A stretch of 32,000 nt of DNA from Synechococcus sp. A15-28 (GCF_014280175.1 NZ_CP047931.1:1200001-1232000), one strand, 5' to 3'. Shown: positions 8,338 through 17,156, numbered from the stretch's first letter. Translations and numbers: made by a program. Notes: generated from the letters alone by a model not told the origin.

Positions 8338-8747
8338 GGCAACGAACAGGACCAGCGGACCTTAACGGGCGTATCTGGTCGAATGGGGTATGACGACCAG
8401 GATTGATAGGAGGAACGTCGCTCCAGACGACCGTCTGCGCACACAGCCCGCATCGCCAGCACCCTGGTCGACCATTCGGTCTGACCCGCTTTTTTCAGCA
8501 GCAGGGCGGCACTGAACTCAACGGTGTCCCCCACAGCTTGAGCAGCTCGCAGGTACTCCGCTGCTTGAACACGGTCATTGCGGATCGCCTCCATGAACTG
8601 CCACGTCGGCTCCGGCAGGTGAGCCTCCCGCACCTGCCGCCACTCCTCAGGCTCCGGCTGCGGGCGCCAGTCCGCCAGGGCGGCGGCCCCATGCACAACA
8701 GCAAGCAGCCCAAGGGCGGCGCCGGTCCAACGATGAAGTTTCAGCAT
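8334..8747 (-). CDS. hypothetical exported protein (137 aa)
   Basis: N-terminal hydrophobic signal-like segment WTGAALGLLAVVHGAAALA. Its stop overlaps the hli ATG (ATGA). Confidence 0.45.
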   Translation of the reverse strand: MLKLHRWTGAALGLLAVVHGAAALADWRPQPEPEEWRQVREAHLPEPTWQFMEAIRNDRVQAAEYLRAAQAVGDTVEFSAALLLKKAGQTEWSTRVLAMRAVCADGRLERRSSYQSWSSYPIRPDTPVKVRWSCSLP

Positions 8748-9010
8748 TCAATCCACGGCGAAGGAGATGACTCCATCCCAGCAGGCGGCTGTTGCGTCCA
8801 GCAGGCGGATGTTGCGTGTTGAAGGCGGTGCCGATCAAAACAAGAAAAAACCCCTGCATTGAGTAGGGGCATAACACTGTGTTCCCTCAGATTCACAACA
8901 CCCGCAGGGCTGGATCGGTGGACACCAGCTGTACAGAAGATGAAGCCGAAGACGACGGCCAGCAAGCACTGCAAAGCGGTTTTGGTTTGGCTGGTTTGGG
9001 TGGTGGTCAT
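8741..9010 (-). CDS. possible small membrane protein (89 aa from the MTTTQTSQ start)
   Basis: Only the first ~30 codons (TM segment LLAVVFGFIFCTAGV) show good codon bias, and the frame runs through a terminator-like hairpin. This call is doubtful. Confidence 0.2.
   Translation of the reverse strand: MTTTQTSQTKTALQCLLAVVFGFIFCTAGVHRSSPAGVVNLREHSVMPLLNAGVFSCFDRHRLQHATSACWTQQPPAGMESSPSPWIEC
8841..8869 (-). terminator. terminator-like hairpin (minus-strand sense)
   Basis: On the minus strand the sequence reads CCCCT-9 nt loop-AGGGG followed by TTTTTTCTTGTTTT. The stem is only 5 bp. Confidence 0.3.
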
Positions 9011-9243
9011 GGCTGATTCCTCTGTCGTGGAAGGGGATGTTGAAACCCCTCGAATGCATTCAGCATCAGCGAAGCAAAGGCTTTGCACATCCCCCAGATG
9101 AGTGAAAATGCTCGCCGGATTATTCACTTGGAATGAATTAATACCAACAACTTTACGAAGCGTTGAAACGCAAACATGAACAAATGGTTATGGCATCAGG
9201 CAGATTGAACGTGTCATGTTGAGATCGTTACGCCTCAGAAATC

Positions 9244-9429
9244 ATGTCAACAACCACTGAGGGACGGACTCCCTACACCGTTCGCCACAAGAACTCAAAC
9301 GGAGAGAAACTGGAGTCCTGCTTCTACGCCAGTGATGCCTATGAAGCCCGGCTGCTGGCCATGGAGTTCAACGCGTACATCAAACAGCATCCGAATTGCA
9401 TCGACTCCATCCTTCAGACCAAGGCCTGA
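9244..9429 (+). CDS. small hypothetical protein (61 aa)
   Basis: A clean ATG ORF in an otherwise AT-rich intergenic stretch. No motif. Confidence 0.4.
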   Translation: MSTTTEGRTPYTVRHKNSNGEKLESCFYASDAYEARLLAMEFNAYIKQHPNCIDSILQTKA

Positions 9430-9433
9430 AGCA

Positions 9434-9628
9434 TCAAGGCTCGGGCTGCTGAGCAGCAGCCCGACGGCGCTCCACCTGAACAAACAACAGCCAGGCCAGG
9501 CTGGCCAGGCCGCCCCCCAGCCAATCGCTGCGCAGAAGCTCGACGATCGCCACGGTGCTAGCGCCGATCCTCAATCCCCGCAGCAGAAGATCCATCAACG
9601 CAGGTGTCCGAGGCTGATCGCGCTGCAT
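9434..9628 (-). CDS. small membrane protein (64 aa)
   Basis: The ATG-initiated part (MQRDQPRTP...) of ORF 9434..9841, with two hydrophobic segments. The longer version would overlap the divergent gene. Confidence 0.3.
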   Translation of the reverse strand: MQRDQPRTPALMDLLLRGLRIGASTVAIVELLRSDWLGGGLASLAWLLFVQVERRRAAAQQPEP

Positions 9629-9645
9629 CGGCAGGATCCGGAAGG

Positions 9646-10161
9646 ATGGCGTCACGGAAGCTTCCCATGACCTCAGATCTGCCGCTGGACTCCGCCGTTG
9701 TCCTTGACCTGGAACGTCAGGCCCGGCAGCAGGGGACAGGGATAACGCCCCAACACCTCGCTGGCTGCTGGTGGCTGAACACCACCTGGTCGCGTCAAGG
9801 CGCGGCCGCACCGAAGGCCTCCTCGCTGCTGTTGCGCGCACTCCAGGCCTGTCTGGAACTGGAGGTGCAGGAAGCAGATCTGCGGATCGCCAACCAGGTG
9901 AGCCTTGGGCCGCTGCAGCTTCGCTTCGAGGGGAGCGCCTGCCTGGTGGGTCGCCGGCCCCTTTTGCAGTTCAGCTTCTCAACCGTGCGGGTGATGCTCG
10001 GTTCAACACGTCTGTTCGAACGAAACCTGGCCCAACCGCAGCCGCAGCGCATGCCCTTCTTTGCCCTCATCGGCGTGGGCAAGGACGCCAACTGGCTCTG
10101 TGCCCGCGGGCGCGGGGGAGGTCTGGCGCTATGGGTGAAGGACCCTGCGCTGCAGCGATGA
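9646..10161 (+). CDS. hypothetical protein
   Basis: ORF whose stop overlaps the NUDIX ATG (ATGA at 10158-10161). ATG 9667, which has GGAAG 6 nt upstream, is an equally good start. Confidence 0.45.
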   Translation: MASRKLPMTSDLPLDSAVVLDLERQARQQGTGITPQHLAGCWWLNTTWSRQGAAAPKASSLLLRALQACLELEVQEADLRIANQVSLGPLQLRFEGSACLVGRRPLLQFSFSTVRVMLGSTRLFERNLAQPQPQRMPFFALIGVGKDANWLCARGRGGGLALWVKDPALQR

Positions 10162-10589
10162 CCATCAGCGTCGCCCTGGCCATGCTCGAGCGGGATGGTC
10201 GCTGGTTGCTGCAGCTCCGTGATGATATCGACTCGATCATCTACCCGGGTCACTGGGGTCTGTTCGGGGGCCATGTTGAGCCGGGGGAGTCAGCGGCTGA
10301 GGCTGTTCAGCGCGAACTGGAGGAAGAAATCAGTTGGTGCCCTTCCGCACCACTGCAGCACTGGTTCAGCGATGCCAGCAGCAGCCGCACCGCCCAAGTG
10401 TTCCGGGGCGCGCTGACGGTGCCCCTGGACCAGCTGAAGCTCAAGGAAGGGCAGGACCTCAAACTCGCCAGCCTCGAGGAGCTCGGCAGCGAGATGATCT
10501 GGAGCGATCACTGTCAGGAACTGCGTCCGATCGCCCCAGGCCTGACCATCGTCATTCGCCGTCTGCTGGCCGAAATGAATGACAGCTGA
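10158..10589 (+). CDS. NUDIX hydrolase
   Basis: Nudix box GGHVEPGESAAEAVQRELEEEIS (GX5EX7REUXEEXGU). I chose the start at the ATG overlapping the upstream stop. Confidence 0.8.
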   Translation: MTISVALAMLERDGRWLLQLRDDIDSIIYPGHWGLFGGHVEPGESAAEAVQRELEEEISWCPSAPLQHWFSDASSSRTAQVFRGALTVPLDQLKLKEGQDLKLASLEELGSEMIWSDHCQELRPIAPGLTIVIRRLLAEMNDS

Positions 10590-11367
10590 AGCCTGGTTCG
10601 ACATCAAGGACGGCGAAGCCTGGCTGGGGGAGCAACCGGTCCTGCGGGACCTGTCTCTGCAACTGCGACTGGGGGAATCCACCACCGTGCTGGGGCCCAA
10701 CGGGGCCGGCAAGAGCAGCCTGGTGAAGCTGATCGACCGCAGCCTGCATCCGATCGTCAAACCGACGGCCCACCTCAAGCTGTTCGGGGCATCCACGGTG
10801 AATCTCTGGCGGTTGCGGCGGCGGTTGGGGGTGGTGACCAGTGAACTGGAGCTACGCATTCCGGCGCGCTGTCCTGCCCGGGAGGTGGTGCAGTGCGGCC
10901 TGTTCGGCTCCATGGGTCTGGGCCGTGACCAGGTGCCGAGCACAGCTCAACGGGAGCACAGCGACCGGCTCCTCGAGCAGCTCGATCTGCAGTCGATCGC
11001 CGAGCAACGCTTCGGGACGCTGTCGGACGGTCAGAAACGTCGGCTGTTGATCGCCCGGGCCCTGGTGCACGAACCGGAGGTTCTGGTGCTGGATGAACCG
11101 AGTCGCGCCCTGGATCTGAAGGCCTGCCATCGACTGCTCCACACCCTGCGGCAGCTCTGCCGCCAGGGCACCACCGTGGTCCAGGTGACCCATCGCATCG
11201 ACACGATCGTCCCGGAGATGCAGCGGGTGCTGTTTCTATCCAGCGGCCGGATCGTGGGGGATGGTTGTCCCGAGGCGATGCTTCAGGACAACCCCCTCAG
11301 CAAGCTGTTTGAAACGCCGCTGCAGGTGGTGCACGCCAATGGCTTCCGTCAGGTGCTGCCGGCCTGA
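10579..11367 (+). CDS. ABC-type ATPase with no adjacent permease (YlmA/ModF-like)
   Basis: Walker A GPNGAGKSS, signature LSDGQKRR, Walker B LVLDEPSRALD, H-loop VTHR. It overlaps the NUDIX gene by 11 nt. Confidence 0.85.
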   Translation: MTAEAWFDIKDGEAWLGEQPVLRDLSLQLRLGESTTVLGPNGAGKSSLVKLIDRSLHPIVKPTAHLKLFGASTVNLWRLRRRLGVVTSELELRIPARCPAREVVQCGLFGSMGLGRDQVPSTAQREHSDRLLEQLDLQSIAEQRFGTLSDGQKRRLLIARALVHEPEVLVLDEPSRALDLKACHRLLHTLRQLCRQGTTVVQVTHRIDTIVPEMQRVLFLSSGRIVGDGCPEAMLQDNPLSKLFETPLQVVHANGFRQVLPA

Positions 11368-12056
11368 CCAGGGCCTGCCTCCAGCCACTGCTGCAGGCTG
11401 TCCATCGGCTGAGCGGGCGAGCTGGTGATTTCAATGATGCGACCACATGCGGCCGGAACCTCCAGAGCATCGAGGCAGACCCGCGCCACCAGGCGGCGGG
11501 GAATGCTGTTGCTCTGCTGCTGATCGGCAGCGGTGAACACAACCCCCTCCGCCTCAGCACGCCCGTCGTCTTCACTGAGGCCCCCGGGGCGGACGATGGT
11601 CCAATCCAGGCCGCTGCGCTCCAGCCAGCGCTCACCCAGTCGTTTCCACACCAGGATCAGTCCGAACAGATTGAGCGGGTGCAGCCAGCGGCCGGCACAG
11701 AGGGAACTCACCAGCACCACCCGCTGGAGACCGACGGCGCGGCAGGCCTGCACCTGCGCCTGCACCCCGGCAGCATCCACCTGCAGCGGGCCCGCGAGAT
11801 TGATCGAGGGTCTGGCGCCCGTGGCAATCACCAGTGCTGTGCATCCCTTCAGGGCATGCAGCAACGCCTCGCCCGAACTGAGATCAAGCCGATGCACCTG
11901 CAGCCGTTGATCCCGCTCGGCTGCCGCCCAGGCCGGAGGCACCAGCGACTCCGGCCGCACGATGGCCCGCACGGACAGCCCGCGCGCCAGGGCTTCCTCC
12001 ACCAATCGCCATCCGGTTTTGCCGGAGGCACCGGACACCGCCAACCGCTGCATCAA
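11349..12056 (-). CDS. NAD(P)H-binding atypical SDR (Ycf39/TIC62-like)
   Basis: Rossmann motif VSGASGKTG at the N-terminus, with the length and pattern of NmrA/SDR-a5 type proteins. It lies 7 nt downstream of mntB. Confidence 0.75.
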   Translation of the reverse strand: MMQRLAVSGASGKTGWRLVEEALARGLSVRAIVRPESLVPPAWAAAERDQRLQVHRLDLSSGEALLHALKGCTALVIATGARPSINLAGPLQVDAAGVQAQVQACRAVGLQRVVLVSSLCAGRWLHPLNLFGLILVWKRLGERWLERSGLDWTIVRPGGLSEDDGRAEAEGVVFTAADQQQSNSIPRRLVARVCLDALEVPAACGRIIEITSSPAQPMDSLQQWLEAGPGQAGST

Positions 12057-12063
12057 CCTTGTC

Positions 12064-12912
12064 TCAGAGATCTCCAGTCAACTGCCCCTGGGACCGCCTG
12101 AGCACACCATGGCGTGGTGCCAGGAGGAAGGCCAGCAGGAACTGTGCCGTTTGGGCAAGCACGATGCAGCCGGCGGTGGAGCTGTCGGTCCAGTAGCTGA
12201 TGAACACGCCAAGGACACTGGACAGAACGCTGCTGATCACCGCCAGAACGGTCATGCGATCGAAACGGTCGGTGAGCAGGTACGCCGTGGCGCCGGGGGT
12301 GACCAACATCGCCACCACCAGAATGATGCCAACCGTCTGCAGGCCGACCACCGCCGCCAGAGAGAGCAGACCCAGCAGCATGTAGTGCAGAACCCCGGTG
12401 TTGATTCCGATCGAGCGGGCGTGGGTGGGGTCAAAGCAGAACAGCATCAGGTCCCGCCGGAACAGCAGCAGCAGCACCAGCACCAGGGCTGAAATCAGCA
12501 GCGTCTGCTGGATGTCTCCCTCGGTGATGCCGAGAACATTGCCGAACAGGATGTGGGTGAGATCGATGTTGCTGCGGGTCTTGGACACCAGCACCAGGCC
12601 CAGAGCAAAAAACCCGGTGAACACCAGCCCGATCACCGTGTCTTCCTTGACCCGGGATTTCTGCTTCACAAACCCGATCGCCGCCACGGACCCCACACCG
12701 AAGACGAAGGCCCCCAGCGAAAAGGGCAGGCCCAGGGCGTAGGCCACCACCACGCCGGGCAGCACCGCATGGGAGACGGCATCCCCCATCAACGCCCAAC
12801 CCTTCAGGGTCATGTAGCAGGAGAGCAGTCCGCAGACGCCTCCCACCAGGGCGCTCACCAACAGCGCTCTCACCATGAAGGCGTGACTGAGGGGTTCCAG
12901 CAGCCAGTCCAT
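12064..12912 (-). CDS. mntB: Mn/Zn ABC transporter permease (ABC-3 family)
   Basis: Polytopic membrane protein whose N-terminus MDWLLEPLSHAFMVRAL and DAVSHAVLPG motif are typical of MntB/ZnuB/TroC permeases. ATG 12948 is an alternative start. The 470-aa track ORF is an artefactual extension. Confidence 0.85.
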   Translation of the reverse strand: MDWLLEPLSHAFMVRALLVSALVGGVCGLLSCYMTLKGWALMGDAVSHAVLPGVVVAYALGLPFSLGAFVFGVGSVAAIGFVKQKSRVKEDTVIGLVFTGFFALGLVLVSKTRSNIDLTHILFGNVLGITEGDIQQTLLISALVLVLLLLFRRDLMLFCFDPTHARSIGINTGVLHYMLLGLLSLAAVVGLQTVGIILVVAMLVTPGATAYLLTDRFDRMTVLAVISSVLSSVLGVFISYWTDSSTAGCIVLAQTAQFLLAFLLAPRHGVLRRSQGQLTGDL

Positions 12913-13008
12913 GCAGTGCAAGACAGCGTTGCCCACATCCTCAACCATGAAAGAGACAGTTGAGCTGATGCGGAAAACGTTCAGGATGGGGATCCAGGCT
13001 TCGGCTCG

Positions 13009-14340
13009 ATGCCCCGCGCCTCCACCCTGATCGCCAGGCCGGCGCTGCGCCGGTTGCCGACACGGCCGAGCCGGCTTGTGCAGGGTCTGATCCGGCGGTT
13101 GCTTCCCAGGCTGTTTCGGCTGCAGGGCCTTGAACTGCGCAGCGGTAACGCTGCGGAAGGGCTGGCAAGGGCCTTTGATGCGCAACAGGCTGGTGAGAGC
13201 ACGCTTCTGATTGCCTTCCGTCACCCCAGCACCCGGGACCCGTTGGTGCTGGCGGATCTGTTCTGGAACCGGGTCCCCGCGGAGGCCGCCGCATGGCGCA
13301 AACCCCTGCCACGGCCAGTGGAGCTGCGCTTCCTCTACGACCGCGGCATCCCGATCTGGGCCGGCCCGCTGATCGGCTGGCTGCTGCAGCGCTGCGGAGG
13401 AATCGCCATTCATCGCGGCCGGCTTGACCGTCCGGCCCTGGCCCAGGCGCGAGCAACCCTGGCGCAGGGTCTCCATGCCCTAGTGGTGGCACCGGAGGGC
13501 GCCACCAACAACCTCTCCGGAGAGATGGCGCCACTGGAGCCAGGGGTGGCGCAGCTCGCCTTCTGGGCGGCCGACGATCTCGCCAAAGCCAACGACAGCC
13601 GAGAGCTGCAGTTGCTGCCGCTCGGCATCCGCTACAGCTGGCGCCAGCAGCGCTGGAGCGCTCTCGATGAACGACTTTCCGCCCTGGAGAGACATCTCGG
13701 CGTGGAGCCGGAGCAGGAGCCGGCCGAAGACCCGATCAGCCCCCGTCGGGACCGGTTGCTGCGCATCGGTGCCCACCTGATGAAGGCGCTTGAGCAACTG
13801 GAACGGCTGAAGCCTCCCGAAGGAACAAGCCTCACCGAACGGATCGAGGGCTACCGACTGCACGGGCTGGCCACTGCGGAGGCCCATTTCCAGCTGAAGG
13901 CCGGCGGCAACCTGCAGGAACGCTGCCGCCGGATCGAACAGGCCGCCTGGGATCGCATCTACAGGGAAGAGCTGGACCAGTTGCCGCCGCTTGAGCGGGG
14001 CCTGGCGGACTGGGAAGCCCAGGAAGCTGATCTGCAGCTCAGCCGCATGCGACTGGTGGAGCATTTCACCAGCGTCAGCGGTCATTACGTCAGTGATCAG
14101 CCGGACTTCGACCGTCTGGCCGAGATGCTGTTGCTGGTGGAGGAAGCCATCGGGTGGATCGAAGCCAAACCCTGGCCAGCCCGCCCTTCCCTCGGACCCC
14201 AGCGGGTGGAACTGAGTCTCGGTGATCCCCTGCCGGTGGAGAACCGGCTGAAGGACTATCACCGCAACCGGCGTCGTGCCGTCCAGGACCTCACCCAGGC
14301 CCTGGAACAGGAGCTCAGCTCCCTGATCTCTCCAGCCTGA
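13009..14340 (+). CDS. PlsC/GPAT-family acyltransferase with a long helical C-terminal extension
   Basis: Acyltransferase HX4D block (FRHPSTRDP) and PEG block (VVAPEGATNN). About 240 C-terminal residues have no motif I recognise. Confidence 0.65.
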   Translation: MPRASTLIARPALRRLPTRPSRLVQGLIRRLLPRLFRLQGLELRSGNAAEGLARAFDAQQAGESTLLIAFRHPSTRDPLVLADLFWNRVPAEAAAWRKPLPRPVELRFLYDRGIPIWAGPLIGWLLQRCGGIAIHRGRLDRPALAQARATLAQGLHALVVAPEGATNNLSGEMAPLEPGVAQLAFWAADDLAKANDSRELQLLPLGIRYSWRQQRWSALDERLSALERHLGVEPEQEPAEDPISPRRDRLLRIGAHLMKALEQLERLKPPEGTSLTERIEGYRLHGLATAEAHFQLKAGGNLQERCRRIEQAAWDRIYREELDQLPPLERGLADWEAQEADLQLSRMRLVEHFTSVSGHYVSDQPDFDRLAEMLLLVEEAIGWIEAKPWPARPSLGPQRVELSLGDPLPVENRLKDYHRNRRRAVQDLTQALEQELSSLISPA

Positions 14341-14361
14341 ATCCACACCCAAGGAAAGCTC

Positions 14362-14868
14362 ATGCTCATCGCCTATCTCATTTGCCTGCTGGCTGGCGCA
14401 GTGCTGATCAGCCTCTCCCTCGACAACGAGGCGGGGTTGGACGGTGAAGCCGGCAACCTGTCCCTGTTGTTCAGCACACCGTTCTGGTCCTTCGGGCTGA
14501 CCGGGTTCGGGCTCTGCGGCGTGCTGATGATGCTGCTGAGTCCGCCGGGGTCCTGGATTCCCCCCAGTGCTGTGGCCCTGCCCATGGGGCTGCTGATGGG
14601 ATGGGGTGCCAATCGAATCCTCAGGACCCTGGCCCGCCGCGAGGCGGACAGCCTGGTGCGCAGCGATGACCTGATCGGCCACCAGGGGAGGGTTTCCCTG
14701 ACGATTGAACCTGGCGAGCGGGGGTTTGTGGAACTGAATGTGCGCGGCAGCCTGATTCGTCGGCCGGCCCGCTGCAGCCAGGGACAGCTGCTGCGCGACA
14801 CCAGCGTTGTGGTGATCCAGGCGGATGCCAACACCCTGGAGGTGGAAGCGCTGGAGAACGCGACGTGA
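14362..14868 (+). CDS. NfeD/YqiJ-like membrane protein
   Basis: N-terminal TM segments plus a C-terminal OB-like segment (GHQGRVSLTIEPGERGFVELNVRGSLIRRPAR...VVVIQADANTLEVE), immediately upstream of the SPFH genes, as in nfeD-flotillin pairs. Confidence 0.65.
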   Translation: MLIAYLICLLAGAVLISLSLDNEAGLDGEAGNLSLLFSTPFWSFGLTGFGLCGVLMMLLSPPGSWIPPSAVALPMGLLMGWGANRILRTLARREADSLVRSDDLIGHQGRVSLTIEPGERGFVELNVRGSLIRRPARCSQGQLLRDTSVVVIQADANTLEVEALENAT

Positions 14869-14916
14869 GGCGGCCTTACCAATCGGCGCTACCCAAGGGG
14901 TCACCCTGCCGCCGCC

Positions 14917-15624
14917 ATGACGCACCCACCCGGTCTTCAGACCCAGGCCACGACTCCGGCATTCATTCCCTCCAACCGCAACCAGAGCGAAGCGGTGATC
15001 GGTGGTGTCGCAGCACTGTTCATCCTTCTGGTCGCCCTGAACCTGATCAGACGCTGGATGATCCGCATCTGCCGGCCCAACGAGATGCTGGTGGTCACAG
15101 GCAGCCGCAGCAACCAGGGTCAGCAGGGCATCAAGGGATACCGGGTGGTGGCCAATGGCGGATGGACCTTCGTCAAGCCAATCCTGGAGACCGCCCGCCG
15201 CATGGATGTGACCCTGCTGCCGGTGCTGGTGGAGGTGAAGAACGCCTACTCCAAGGGAGGCACGCCGCTCAACATTCAGGCGATCGCCAATGTGAAGGTG
15301 AGCAGTGATCCGGAGGTGCGCAACAACGCCATCGAACGCTTCCTTGGCCGCAATCCTGAGGAAATCGTGCAGGTCGCCAGGGAGAACCTGGAGGGCAACC
15401 TCCGCAGTGTGCTGGCCCAGCTCACCCCGGAACAGGTGAATGAGGACCGACTTCGTTTCGCCGAGCGGATCGCTGAAGACGTCGGCGACGACCTGCGACG
15501 TCTCGGACTGCAACTCGACACCTTCAAGATTCAGAGCGTCTCCGATGACGTGGACTACCTGAACTCAATCAGTCGCAGGCGGGTGGCCCAGATCGTCTGC
15601 GACGCCAAAATCGCAGAGTCGTAA
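14917..15624 (+). CDS. flotillin-like SPFH/band-7 protein 1, N-terminal fragment (TM + SPFH domain) ending at an in-frame TAA
   Basis: TM anchor plus SPFH motifs (NAYSKGGTPLNIQAIANVKV, LEGNLRSVLAQLTPEQVNEDR, DYLNSISRRR). The frame continues into 15658..16248. Confidence 0.8.
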   Translation: MTHPPGLQTQATTPAFIPSNRNQSEAVIGGVAALFILLVALNLIRRWMIRICRPNEMLVVTGSRSNQGQQGIKGYRVVANGGWTFVKPILETARRMDVTLLPVLVEVKNAYSKGGTPLNIQAIANVKVSSDPEVRNNAIERFLGRNPEEIVQVARENLEGNLRSVLAQLTPEQVNEDRLRFAERIAEDVGDDLRRLGLQLDTFKIQSVSDDVDYLNSISRRRVAQIVCDAKIAES

Positions 15625-15657
15625 GCCATCGGGGAGGCGGAGCGCAAGGAGGCCGAG

Positions 15658-16248
15658 ATGGAGGAAGTGGCGGAGGTGGTCAGCAGCGAAGCCGAAACCG
15701 TGGTTCTGGAGAAGGACAACGCGGTGCGCACCAAGGTGGCGCAGATGGAGAAGCAGGCCCGTTCCGAGGAGGAGCGCACCACGGCAGCGGAACTGGAAGC
15801 CAAGGCCAAAGCACAGCAGAAACTGCAGAAGGTGCGCTCGGAGCTGGAGCGTCTGAGGCTGCAGGCGGAGGAGGTGCTGCCTGCCCAGGCCAACCAGAAG
15901 GCACGGAAACTGCGCGCCCGCGGCCAGGCTGCAGCCACCGCAGAGGATGTCAAGGCCAGCGCCCTGGTCAACGACCTGCTCACCCAGGTGTGGGAAGACG
16001 CCGGCAGCACCGCTGAACTGGTGTTCCTGCTGCAGCAGATCGAGATGGTGCTCGACCAGGCCACGCGGCTGCCATCCCGACTGACCCTGAAACGGATCAC
16101 CAGCCTCGATGGCGACGACGCCACCAGCCTCGCCAGCCTGGTGGCCCTGAACCACGTCGTGGTCCGTCAGTTCTTTGAGCAGGTGAAAGAGATCCTCGGC
16201 ATCGATCTGCTCGCCACCCTGTCCACCACCCAGCAAGGAGACAACTGA
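15658..16248 (+). CDS. flotillin 1 C-terminal coiled-coil/flotillin-tail fragment
   Basis: Same reading frame as 14917..15624. It has an E/A/K/Q-rich coiled coil and a tail typical of flotillins. AAGGAGG lies 5 nt upstream of ATG 15658. Confidence 0.7.
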   Translation: MEEVAEVVSSEAETVVLEKDNAVRTKVAQMEKQARSEEERTTAAELEAKAKAQQKLQKVRSELERLRLQAEEVLPAQANQKARKLRARGQAAATAEDVKASALVNDLLTQVWEDAGSTAELVFLLQQIEMVLDQATRLPSRLTLKRITSLDGDDATSLASLVALNHVVVRQFFEQVKEILGIDLLATLSTTQQGDN

Positions 16249-17096
16249 TGTTCATCGCCCTCGGACTCACCGGCGCCGCCGGCATCTGGGCTTTCGTGGT
16301 GCTGCTGCGACAGCTCTATTACATCTGTCAGCCCAGTGAGGTGCTGATCTTCGCTGGACTTCGCCGCACCACCGGCAGCGGCCAGAGCGTCGGCTACAGA
16401 ACCGTGCGGGGCGGCAGTGCCCTGCGCATTCCCCTGCTGGAGGAGGTGATGCGGCTCGATCTGAGCAACATGATCATCGACCTCAAGGTGGAAAACGCCT
16501 ACTCCAAGGGAGGCATCCCACTGAACGTCTCCGGGGTGGCCAACATCAAAATCTCCAGCGATGAACCGGGAATCCACAACGCCATCGAGCGCCTGATCGG
16601 CAAGGAGCAGGACGAGATTCGCCACATCGCCAAGGAAACCCTGGAAGGCAACCTGCGCGGTGTGATGGCCAGCCTGACGCCGGAACAGCTGAACGAAGAC
16701 AAGATCACCTTTGCCCGCACCCTGCTGGAGGAAGCGGAGGACGACCTGCAGAAACTGGGTCTTGTGCTCGACACCCTGCAGATTCAGAACATCTCCGACG
16801 ATGTTCGCTATCTGGACTCGATCGGCCGCAAGCAACTGGTGGAACTGAAGCGCGATTCCCGCATTGCCGAAGCGGAAGCCAAGTCGCAGTCAGCGGTGAA
16901 GCAGGCGGAGAACGAACGCACCACGGCCCTCAGGCGGCTCGACAAGGACCTCGCGGTTGCCACCGCCGATGCAGAAAAACGGGTGAAGGATGCCCTGACG
17001 CGTCGTGAGGCCCTCGTGGCTGAGGTGCAGGCTCAGGTGGGAGCTGAACTGGCCCGCGCTGAGGCGGAGCTGCCGGTGCAACAGGAGCGCATGTAG
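16248..17096 (+). CDS. flotillin-like SPFH/band-7 protein 2, N-terminal fragment ending at an in-frame TAG
   Basis: Paralog of the upstream gene (NAYSKGGIPLNVSGVANIKI, LEGNLRGVMASLTPEQLNEDK, RYLDSIGRKQ). Its ATG overlaps the upstream TGA (TGATG). Confidence 0.8.
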   Translation: MFIALGLTGAAGIWAFVVLLRQLYYICQPSEVLIFAGLRRTTGSGQSVGYRTVRGGSALRIPLLEEVMRLDLSNMIIDLKVENAYSKGGIPLNVSGVANIKISSDEPGIHNAIERLIGKEQDEIRHIAKETLEGNLRGVMASLTPEQLNEDKITFARTLLEEAEDDLQKLGLVLDTLQIQNISDDVRYLDSIGRKQLVELKRDSRIAEAEAKSQSAVKQAENERTTALRRLDKDLAVATADAEKRVKDALTRREALVAEVQAQVGAELARAEAELPVQQERM

Positions 17097-17156
17097 CAGG
17101 TCACGCAGCAGCTTGAAGCGGATGTCATCGCCCCGGCGGAATCGGAATGCCAGTCG

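Noticed and set aside
9771-10157. Upstream 129 codons of the NUDIX track ORF (9771..10589)
   Set aside because: This part overlaps the better-supported ORF 9646..10161 in another frame and has an Arg/Gly/Ala-rich junk-like composition. The Nudix domain begins right after the coupled ATG at 10158.
12913-13476. N-terminal 188-codon extension of the mntB ORF (track ORF 12064..13476)
   Set aside because: The extension is Pro/Arg/Gly-rich with no membrane character, and it is antisense to the acyltransferase gene. The canonical permease N-terminus begins at ATG 12912.
15278-15288. HIP1 octamer GCGATCGC (also near 22950)
   Set aside because: I noticed only a couple of copies. That is consistent with chance or the low HIP1 abundance in marine Synechococcus, and it is not a feature of this locus.
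13480-15513. 677-aa minus-strand ORF, the longest in the window
   Set aside because: It is entirely antisense to the acyltransferase, NfeD and flotillin genes, which have clear motifs. Its product is a low-complexity Q/H/G/L/P-rich string. This is a typical shadow ORF in GC-rich DNA.
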